Positions 1-6,170 of a DNA stretch of 19,293 bases are shown here, one piece after another. Both the position numbers and the translations under genes were made by a program. The notes beneath the pieces are model-generated. The model ran no database searches and had not been told where the DNA came from. It saw only the letters and a program-made list of their open reading frames with translations. Every line of letters starts with the position of its first letter. The stretch's first letter is position 1. Source of the DNA: Candidatus Micrarchaeota archaeon (GTDB lineage Archaea; B1Sed10-29; JAJSAI01); assembly GCA_964625085.1 (NCBI GenBank), contig CAZVAJ010000008.1, forward strand, positions 1-19,293, written 5' to 3'.

Positions 1-17
1 CGCTAGACCACGGACCC
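1..17 (-). tRNA. 5' fragment of a tRNA truncated by the window edge (isotype not visible; Val-like 5' end)
   Basis: Minus strand reads GGGTCCG-TG-GTCT-AGCG: acceptor 5' strand, U8 and start of D arm; lies downstream of tRNA-Ala in the same orientation. Confidence 0.7.
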
Positions 18-32
18 TCCTTACTTTCTTGC

Positions 33-57
33 ATAAGGGCGGGGAAGGCGCCCTTAT
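33..57. repeat. Perfect 9-bp inverted repeat (hairpin) in the tRNA-tRNA spacer
   Basis: ATAAGGGCG (33-41) / CGCCCTTAT (49-57), 7-nt loop, 3 nt after the tRNA-Ala 3' end. Confidence 0.75.
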
Positions 58-60
58 TAG

Positions 61-178
61 TGGACCCGGGGGGATTTGAACCCCCGACCTCCTGCGTGCA
101 AGGCAGGCGATCTCTGGTGAACCATTTTTCCCCAGAGTTCTGTAAGGAAAAATGGGTTTTCCACTGATCTACAGGCCC
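61..178 (-). tRNA. tRNA-Ala(UGC) with 46-nt D-loop intron (114-159, position 20/21)
   Basis: Acceptor GGGCCTG/CGGGTCC-A with G3:U70; anticodon arm CCTGC-CT-TGC-AC-GCAGG; T loop TTCAAAT; removing 114-159 gives D arm GATC-AGTGGAA-GATC; BHB with central AGTG/CACC and bulges GAA, AGA. Confidence 0.93.
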
Positions 179-185
179 AAAGAGG

Positions 186-337
186 TGGTCCCGTGGGCCG
201 GATTTTCTCCGTGGAAGGAATTTTGTGTTTTTCCTTTCCGCGGTTTTGAACCGGCGGTCTCCCGGTACCTACAGTCTCGCGCAGGAGCGCGAGAGACTTT
301 ACTACAGCCGGGCGCACTACCACTATGCTACCACGGG
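186..337 (-). tRNA. tRNA-Tyr(GUA) with two introns: 267-301 (35 nt, 37/38) and 203-244 (42 nt, T-loop 59/60); CCA encoded
   Basis: Acceptor CCCGTGG/CCACGGG-A-CCA (C1:G72 archaeal Tyr identity); CCCGG-CT-GTA-G|A-CCGGG after splicing; T arm GCCGG-TTCAAA|T-CCGGC; both introns form hairpins with BHB-like junctions. Confidence 0.93.
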
Positions 338-372
338 ACATTTAAGTTACGGTTATACTTGGCTTTTTAGGT

Positions 373-390
373 TTTTAAATAGTTTCTTTT
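373..390 (-). promoter_or_regulatory. Putative BRE/TATA promoter for the tRNA-Tyr-Ala cluster
   Basis: Minus strand AAAGAAACTATTTAAAAA; TATA element ends about 35 nt upstream of tRNA-Tyr. Confidence 0.5.
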
Positions 391-398
391 GCCAGGTA

Positions 399-471
399 TG
401 GGGCCGCCGAGATTTGAACTCGGCTCACCAGCTCCCGAAGCTGGAAGGCTACCAGGCTACCCCACGGCCCC
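399..471 (-). tRNA. tRNA-Pro(CGG), intronless
   Basis: GGGGCCG/CGGCCCC-A acceptor; CCAGC-TT-CGG-GA-GCTGG; CCGAG-TTCAAAT-CTCGG. Confidence 0.96.
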
Positions 472-489
472 TTTCGGTTTTTGATCAGC

Positions 490-822
490 TTATCCGAATA
501 AATTCCCTATCCCTGCTGCTGCGTTCTCTTTTTCTTCGTCAAACTTTGCTTTTACTTTTTCATACTCTTCGTTTTCTAGCTTTGTTACACCACTGATATT
601 CAGTTTTTCTTCGTTCTTTTTCCAGAATTCTTCTGGCGCGTCTATGTACAGGTAGTACTCGTCTCCTTCCAGTCCAAGTGCGGTTGCGCTTTGCAGGGTG
701 TAGCCGTTTCTGGCGAATTCGTTTTTTTCTAATTTGCCTTGTTCATCAACGTTTTCCTGTGCTTCCAGGATCTTTTTTGATTCTTTTAATGCTTCGGGAC
801 TTATTTTGTATATCCTTATCAT
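490..822 (-). CDS. Hypothetical acidic protein (110 aa)
   Basis: Starts 4 nt after the trxB stop; protein-like composition; C-terminus AAAGIGNLFG. Confidence 0.85.
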   Translation of the reverse strand: MIRIYKISPEALKESKKILEAQENVDEQGKLEKNEFARNGYTLQSATALGLEGDEYYLYIDAPEEFWKKNEEKLNISGVTKLENEEYEKVKAKFDEEKENAAAGIGNLFG

Positions 823-826
823 CTTA

Positions 827-1741
827 TCAGCTCCAGTAAGGTTTTTGTATGTACTTGTACGCGTTCATTCCGGCAAGAGCTCCTTCTCCGACTGCCACGG
901 CTATTTGAGCTAGCCTGCCTGTGATGTCTCCTGCTGCGAATACTCCGGGCAGGTTTGTTCTTTGTTGTTCGTCTACTTTTATGTGCCCGCTTTTGGTGAA
1001 CTCCAGGTTTGTTCCCTTGAAAACTTCTGCTGAAGGAATGTACCCGACTGATATGAAGACACCGTCAACTTCTATCTCTCCCCCTTCATTGAATGTTATC
1101 TTTACTTTACCTTCTTCTGTTTTTTCGAATTTTGCAGGGGATTTTGGAGTGATTATGTCTACTCCAAGTTCTTTCATTTTTTCTACCCTGTCAGGGTCTG
1201 CTCTGAACTCATTCCGTCTGTGTATCAGGTGCACTTTTTCAGCCACTCCTGAAAGGTATATTGCGTCTTCTACTGCGCTGTTTCCTCCTCCGATTACTGC
1301 CACTTCTTTTCCTTTGTAGAACAGCGCGTCGCACGTGGCACAGTATGATACTCCTTTTCCGGCAAGCTCTTGTTCTCCTGGAACTTTGAGGTGTCTGTGT
1401 TCTCCTCCTGTTGCGATTATCATTGTCTTTGCTTTGTATTCTTTAGAATTGCCTACTGCTTTTATGATATTCCCTTCCACGCTTACTTTTGTTATCATGT
1501 CATACTCTATTTTGGCCCCGAACTTTTCTGCCTGTTTTTTCATTTTTTCAGCAAGTTCTGGTCCGTTTATCTTTTCAAAACCAGGGTAGTTTTCTATGTC
1601 CATCGTTAATTGCATTTGTCCTCCTGGAAGTGCTTTTTCTACAACGATAGTGTTAAGCTTTCTTCTTGCGGTGTACATTGCTGCAGTGAGTCCTGCTGGA
1701 CCGGCTCCAATTATTAGAACATCACACTCTATTCTATCCAT
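827..1741 (-). CDS. trxB: Thioredoxin-disulfide reductase
   Basis: GAGPAG FAD motif, GVSYCATCD redox CxxC, GGGNSA and HRR NADPH motifs, FAAGD; ATG 1741 preferred over 1759 because it follows GGAGATG-AAAAA. Confidence 0.96.
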   Translation of the reverse strand: MDRIECDVLIIGAGPAGLTAAMYTARRKLNTIVVEKALPGGQMQLTMDIENYPGFEKINGPELAEKMKKQAEKFGAKIEYDMITKVSVEGNIIKAVGNSKEYKAKTMIIATGGEHRHLKVPGEQELAGKGVSYCATCDALFYKGKEVAVIGGGNSAVEDAIYLSGVAEKVHLIHRRNEFRADPDRVEKMKELGVDIITPKSPAKFEKTEEGKVKITFNEGGEIEVDGVFISVGYIPSAEVFKGTNLEFTKSGHIKVDEQQRTNLPGVFAAGDITGRLAQIAVAVGEGALAGMNAYKYIQKPYWS

Positions 1742-1766
1742 TTTTTCATCTCCAAGCATTAGTCGG

Positions 1767-1899
1767 TGGAGCCTCGGGTGGGATTTGAACCCACGACCTG
1801 CTGCTTTCTTGGATCCTCTTTAAGGGAAGAGGATAGAAGGAGAAACCGTAAGGTGTCTCCTCTTACAAGGCAGCCGCACTGCCGCTGTGCTACCGAGGC
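1767..1899 (-). tRNA. tRNA-Thr(UGU) with 58-nt canonical intron (1806-1863); CCA encoded
   Basis: GCCTCGG/CCGAGGC-T-CCA; GCTGC-CT-TGT-A|A-GCAGC; BHB central helix CTTG/CAAG with bulges TAA and AAA. Confidence 0.95.
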
Positions 1900-1924
1900 T
1901 TAGTTGGTTCTTTTGATATTCGGG

Positions 1925-1937
1925 TATAAAAAGTTTT
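1925..1937 (-). promoter_or_regulatory. Putative BRE/TATA promoter for tRNA-Thr-trxB
   Basis: Minus strand AAAACTTTTTATA ending 25 nt upstream of the tRNA 5' end. Confidence 0.55.
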
Positions 1938-2360
1938 TTACCTGGTGCAACAGTATATGTTAAGTTCTATCAGCCTGTCTGATTGTGTTGGGATTGTCTC
2001 GTTATACCCGTTCCGGTAGATCTTGTTTTTTAGGTAGTATATTTTGCCTTTTTCTATCTTAAAGTCAAGTTCATTGCTCATGTTTTTGCCTGAGCAACCA
2101 GGATAGAATATCTTATGCTGTCCTTCTTCTAGTTCTAGCCCCACTTTTCCTTGAGAGTCTGTGTAGTAGTACTCGTCGTCAACCCAGATCTCAGCATTTT
2201 TCAGTGCGAACGGTTCGCATTCTGCCTGTTCTTCATAGCTTCCGACATACTTTTTGACCTGTATTTCAACGTTGTTGTTTGTTATTTTGACCCATGTGCA
2301 CCCTGATAGTGAGAGCATTCCGGCAAGCACTAAAGCCAGTATCAAGATCCTGGTTTTCAT
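1938..2360 (-). CDS. Putative lipoprotein with a small beta-sandwich (PEGA/carboxypeptidase-regulatory-like) domain
   Basis: Signal peptide MKTRILILALVLAGMLSLSGC with lipobox LSG-C; NAEIWVD...TDSQG beta-strand pattern. Confidence 0.75.
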   Translation of the reverse strand: MKTRILILALVLAGMLSLSGCTWVKITNNNVEIQVKKYVGSYEEQAECEPFALKNAEIWVDDEYYYTDSQGKVGLELEEGQHKIFYPGCSGKNMSNELDFKIEKGKIYYLKNKIYRNGYNETIPTQSDRLIELNIYCCTR

Positions 2361-2382
2361 AATATTATTCTGATTTTAGGGA

Positions 2383-3234
2383 TTATAATCCTTTTGTCTT
2401 TTTTAGGGCCAGGGATACAACTGCTTTTGCAGTGAGTTTTTTGTTTTTTGCTTGTTTCCAGACAAGGCTTCTTTTCCCGTCAATTATTTCTTTTGTTACT
2501 TCCTGTTCTCTGTGGGCAGGAAGGCAGTGCATAAAGAACCAGTCTTGGCAGGCGTTTTTGACGAGCTTGCTGTTTATCTGGTATCTCTTCAGCGCTTTTA
2601 TTTTCTGTTTTGCGTGTTTGTGCTGTCCCATGCTCACCCACGCGTCTGTCATTATCACGTTGGCCTCTTCAACCGCTTCTTTTGGGTCTTCTGTCCAGTT
2701 GCATTCATACGCAGGCTTGTATTTTTTGGGTGTTGCCACCTTTAGTTTGACGTTCAATTTTTTGGCCAGTAGTATTATGGAATTGCACACGTTTGTTCCG
2801 TCCCCTACCCACACGATTTTTGCAGACCTAAGGTCTACTGTTTTATCTATGGTGTAAAAGTCGTTTATTGCTTGGGTCGGGTGCTCCAGGTTGCTAAGCG
2901 CGTTTATTACAGGGGATTCTGACGCTCTTGAGAATCTTGTTAGCGTGTCATGCTCTTTCATTCTTGCGATTATTACGTTCGCGTAGGATGACAGTACTCT
3001 TGCTGTATCTTCAATTGTTTCTCCTCTTGTTATCTGGGTGGTTTGTGTGTTCAGGTATGATGTTTTCATTCCCATCTCCTTGAGCCCGAGCTCGAAGGAT
3101 GTTTTGGTCCGGGTGCTGGGTAGTTCAAATAAGAGAACTGCGTTCCCAGAGCTTTTTTTCCATCTCCCTTTCACGAGTTCTTTGCACTCTTTTTTGGTTA
3201 GGTCGTTTATGCTCAGGATGTGTTTTATGGGCAT
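2383..3234 (-). CDS. argF: Ornithine carbamoyltransferase
   Basis: STRT carbamoyl-phosphate motif, HPTQ, DAWVSMG ornithine-binding loop, MHCLP. Confidence 0.93.
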   Translation of the reverse strand: MPIKHILSINDLTKKECKELVKGRWKKSSGNAVLLFELPSTRTKTSFELGLKEMGMKTSYLNTQTTQITRGETIEDTARVLSSYANVIIARMKEHDTLTRFSRASESPVINALSNLEHPTQAINDFYTIDKTVDLRSAKIVWVGDGTNVCNSIILLAKKLNVKLKVATPKKYKPAYECNWTEDPKEAVEEANVIMTDAWVSMGQHKHAKQKIKALKRYQINSKLVKNACQDWFFMHCLPAHREQEVTKEIIDGKRSLVWKQAKNKKLTAKAVVSLALKKTKGL

Positions 3235-4034
3235 ATTAATGTCCCCTCTTTTCCTTTTATTGCTCTGTCAATATTCTCCGCGTTTGTGATTATCGTTTTT
3301 CCCCCAAATAATGCTGCTGCTTTCATTTTTGGGGCTATGGTGCCTTGCTCAAATATCCCTTTTTTTAGTAGGGAATTTATTTCTCTAATCTTTATTTCAG
3401 GCACCCTCTCTTGCGTTCGTTTTCCGTAGTTCATGTAAACGCACGGTTCTTTCATAAGGATGATCAGTTCTTTTACTTTTATCGCTTTTGCTAGCACTGC
3501 ACTGGCAAGGTCTTTGTCAACAACCGCTTCAATCCCAACATTTCTTTTTGTTACAGGTATGCCTCCGCCCCCGCAGCACACTACGTTCATGTTTTTGCTT
3601 GCCGCAAGTTTCTTTATTGCTTTTGATTCCAGGATCCTAAGGGGCTTTGGTGAAGGCACAATTTCTCTCCATCCTCTTCCTGCAAAGTATCTTAGGCCAT
3701 CTGCTTTTTTCCGATAGTACTTGCCAATTGGTTTGCTCGGCCTCTTGAATTCAGGATCTTTTTTAGACACTAACGTTCTGGTTAGCAGGACGGCTGTGTT
3801 TGTGCCGCTTGCTTTTTCAATTTCTCTTGAGAGGGGATAGCCTATGCTTGCTTGAGTAAGGGCTACTACCTGGTCCAGGGGGAATCCTGTTTTTTTGCGG
3901 AGTTCTCCAGCTTGAGGTCCATTGCCATGAGTGAGGATTAGAGGTGGCTTGAAGTACTTTGAGATTGCTCTTGCTGCCAGGCGCATTTCTTTTTCTTCAT
4001 GTATGTAGTTCCCTCCAAGCGCGATTACTTTCAT
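3225..4034 (-). CDS. arcC: Carbamate kinase
   Basis: ALGGN, THGNGPQ, PSKPIG, VPSPKP, GGGGIPV, EAVVDKDLAS, GTIAPK motifs; overlaps the OTC start by 10 nt. Confidence 0.93.
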   Translation of the reverse strand: MKVIALGGNYIHEEKEMRLAARAISKYFKPPLILTHGNGPQAGELRKKTGFPLDQVVALTQASIGYPLSREIEKASGTNTAVLLTRTLVSKKDPEFKRPSKPIGKYYRKKADGLRYFAGRGWREIVPSPKPLRILESKAIKKLAASKNMNVVCCGGGGIPVTKRNVGIEAVVDKDLASAVLAKAIKVKELIILMKEPCVYMNYGKRTQERVPEIKIREINSLLKKGIFEQGTIAPKMKAAALFGGKTIITNAENIDRAIKGKEGTLICP

Positions 4035-4079
4035 GATGTTCTGTCAGAGGAGGGAGAGGTATATAAAAAAGCAGGGAAG

Positions 4080-4189
4080 TGCCGGGGGCCGGATTTGAAC
4101 CAGCGGCCTCCTGATTATGAGTCAGGCGCTCTGACCATTTTAGCTGTCCAGTCAAACGCGAGGCTGGACAGAGGCTAAGCCACCCCGGC
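4080..4189 (-). tRNA. tRNA-Met(CAU), elongator type, with 35-nt D-loop intron (4138-4172, position 17/17a)
   Basis: GCCGGGG/CCCCGGC-A acceptor; CCTGA-CT-CAT-AA-TCAGG; BHB central TTAG/CTAA, bulges CCT and AAT, intron stem CTGTCCAG/CTGGACAG; splicing gives D loop AGCCTGGTCA. Confidence 0.92.
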
Positions 4190-4220
4190 GTGTTATCGTC
4201 TTGTTTTGTGATAATCAGGT

Positions 4221-4856
4221 TTATATTTTTGACCTCATGACTTCTTTGATTCTGTCCCAGTCTGCTATTGTCTGGACGCACCCGCCTTTTAGCAGGGGAA
4301 TGCCCTGTGCGGGTACACGGTATTCCATGCAGGCATCAAGACCTTCTCTTAGCTCAAACTCACATGCAACTCCAAGCACTGCTTTTGGTTTTTCTTCTTT
4401 TATTCTTCTTTTTGAGAATGTTCCACCTGGGGACAGGACGAATTTGTATCCCATCTCTTCTGCTTCTTTCTTTAATTTTTTTATGTTGCATAACCCGCAC
4501 CCAATGCACTCTATGCTATTTGGGCTTGTTCTGGCAGGACAGTTTGGGTGTCTTAGGCACTGGGGCAGGATGATCATTCTTTCATTGTACGGCACTTTAA
4601 GAAAGTCTGAGCGCATTAGGTTGTTTTCTATTTCTATTATCATATTGTCTATCGCATGCGGGTCTATCCGGAATATTTTCACCATGGTTTTGAGGGGGCT
4701 TTCAAAAAAGCTTATCAGCACCATGAAAAACTTTTGGAATCTGGTGTGCCCTTTGTTCACAGCTAGTAGTAGTGTAATTCCTGTCAGGGCTATTCCTGTT
4801 AATGTAAACAGGATTAGTCCTAAGAACACTATCCCTAATATGGTAATGGCTTCCAT
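4221..4856 (-). CDS. DUF116-family protein with N-terminal membrane anchor (Cys-rich, probably metal/Fe-S binding)
   Basis: LPQCLRHPNCPA, CIGCGLC, PGGT, GVACEFEL, GC motifs; GGAGG SD upstream. Confidence 0.88.
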   Translation of the reverse strand: MEAITILGIVFLGLILFTLTGIALTGITLLLAVNKGHTRFQKFFMVLISFFESPLKTMVKIFRIDPHAIDNMIIEIENNLMRSDFLKVPYNERMIILPQCLRHPNCPARTSPNSIECIGCGLCNIKKLKKEAEEMGYKFVLSPGGTFSKRRIKEEKPKAVLGVACEFELREGLDACMEYRVPAQGIPLLKGGCVQTIADWDRIKEVMRSKI

Positions 4857-4889
4857 GTTATCCTCCTATTCTTTTGTTTTTAGATCGCA

Positions 4890-5008
4890 CGCCGGGAGTG
4901 GGATTGTCGGAGTCTTCCCTGAAGTGAGGGAATGGCTCATTCGAACCCACGCGGGCCGAAGCCCACCAGCTCTCCAGGCTGGCGCGTTAACCACTTCGCT
5001 ATCCCGGC
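4890..5008 (-). tRNA. tRNA-Ser(GGA) with 36-nt T-loop intron (4904-4939, position 59/60)
   Basis: GCCGGGA/TCCCGGC-G; CCAGC-CT-GGA-GA-GCTGG; long variable arm GGGC-TTCG-GCCC; GTGGG-TTCGAA|T-CCCAC after splicing; BHB TTCG/CGAC with two AAT bulges. Confidence 0.94.
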
Positions 5009-5013
5009 ACGCC

Positions 5014-5090
5014 TGGAGCCTCGGCCGGGATTTGAACCCGGGGCCTCTTGCTTACCAAGCAAGCGCTCCACCACGCTGAGCTACCGAGGC
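5014..5090 (-). tRNA. tRNA-Thr(GGU), intronless; CCA encoded
   Basis: GCCTCGG/CCGAGGC-T-CCA; CTTGC-TT-GGT-AA-GCAAG; 5 nt upstream of tRNA-Ser. Confidence 0.96.
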
Positions 5091-5097
5091 TGCTTTT

Positions 5098-5745
5098 TTA
5101 TCTCCTGCGCTTTTTCTTCAGGTTACTAAGCAGCTTGGGTTTTCTTAAAGCTTTTCTGAGGCTTTCTCTTGTTTTACTTATTTCTTCAAGTTCTTCTTTT
5201 GACAAAGCGGGCAGTTCCCCTGCCTTTTTCATATCTTTTATTATGTCTGAGGCCGCGTCTGAGATGATTCCGGGCCTGTCGCTTTTTAGTTCTGCTTTTA
5301 GCTCTTGTGGGTTTGCTTCGTTTCTCAGTTTTGCTTGTAGCATTCCCCTTACTCTTGCTACGTTCTCTTTGGTTGGCTTTACGCCTAACATTACCATCGT
5401 GTCCGCAATGTTCTTATCTATTCCTGCCATTCTTCCGTAGGTTAAGCTTAGTTTGCTTACTTCTGTTTTTTCTCCTACTGCCATGGCCCTTTTTGTTTCA
5501 AGTTCTCCTTTGTTTATCTCTCTGGATCTTATCATTTTTCCTACGATCTCGTATGCGGTTGTTGTAAGTTCTCCTGGGCGGTTTGTTTTTATTTCTCGTT
5601 CTATTTCCCGCGGGTCTACTCTATCTTTCAGTTTAGCATAAATCTTGTCCCTGACTCTTTTCATGATCTCTTCGTCAGCAGGCACACCATGAGCTTTTAG
5701 CGCCTCTTCTATCACATCAAATATTGTTCTTTCTCTTTCAGCCAT
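5098..5745 (-). CDS. Hypothetical protein (215 aa) with two 70-aa internal repeats and a basic C-terminal tail
   Basis: Start moved to ATG 5745 (MAERERT) because the longer ORF runs through tRNA-Leu; GGAAGTG-AAAAA before the ATG. Confidence 0.85.
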   Translation of the reverse strand: MAERERTIFDVIEEALKAHGVPADEEIMKRVRDKIYAKLKDRVDPREIEREIKTNRPGELTTTAYEIVGKMIRSREINKGELETKRAMAVGEKTEVSKLSLTYGRMAGIDKNIADTMVMLGVKPTKENVARVRGMLQAKLRNEANPQELKAELKSDRPGIISDAASDIIKDMKKAGELPALSKEELEEISKTRESLRKALRKPKLLSNLKKKRRR

Positions 5746-5769
5746 TTTTTCACTTCCACAGGGTTTGAG

Positions 5770-5854
5770 TGCGGGAGGAGGGATTTGAACCCTCGACGGG
5801 ACTAACCCACAGGGTCCTAAGCCCTGCGCCATAACCTGGCTAGGCAACTCCCGC
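5770..5854 (-). tRNA. tRNA-Leu(UAG), intronless
   Basis: GCGGGAG/CTCCCGC-A; CAGGG-CT-TAG-GA-CCCTG; long variable arm; GAGGG-TTCAAAT-CCCTC. Confidence 0.96.
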
Positions 5855-5971
5855 GTGTATATGCGCGTTCAGAGTTTTTAGCTTTTTACAGTTTTAAAAG
5901 GATCAGTCTTTTTATGAGTAGGGTTCTCTAACCAAGATTGTTTATACTGCAGTTAAGGGCTTTTTGTGGGT

Positions 5972-6048
5972 TGGTGGGGCCACCCGGATTCGAACCGGAG
6001 TCACCGGCTCCCAAAGCCGGTAGGATCACCAGGCTACCCTATGGCCCC
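5972..6048 (-). tRNA. tRNA-Pro(UGG), intronless; CCA encoded
   Basis: GGGGCCA/TGGCCCC-A-CCA; CCGGC-TT-TGG-GA-GCCGG; TTCGAAT T loop. Confidence 0.96.
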
Positions 6049-6170
6049 GTTTTTGGTATTTTTCTGGCTTGCGGTTGTTTTAAACATTTTGGTTGGCATT
6101 ATAAACAAGAAAAGAGGTTATTACGCTGTATGTCAGTCCACAAGAAGAAGAGAAGGATTAAGGGTAAAAA

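Noticed and set aside
1..17. Possible split (trans-spliced) tRNA half
   Set aside because: Simply cut by the window edge; all other tRNAs here are contiguous and unpermuted
144..236. 9-nt complementarity between the Ala intron and the Tyr T-loop intron (AAGGAAAAA / TTTTTCCTT)
   Set aside because: Short and low-complexity, and each segment already pairs within its own intron hairpin
57..596. ORFs 57..341(-), 152..370(+), 225..596(+)
   Set aside because: They overlap tRNA-Ala, Tyr and Pro; shadow frames with no protein-like features
4201..5079. 292-aa plus-strand ORF
   Set aside because: Antisense to DUF116 and two tRNAs; shadow ORF
5746..5847. N-terminal extension of ORF 5098..5847
   Set aside because: Runs through tRNA-Leu(UAG); ATG 5745 has an SD-like context
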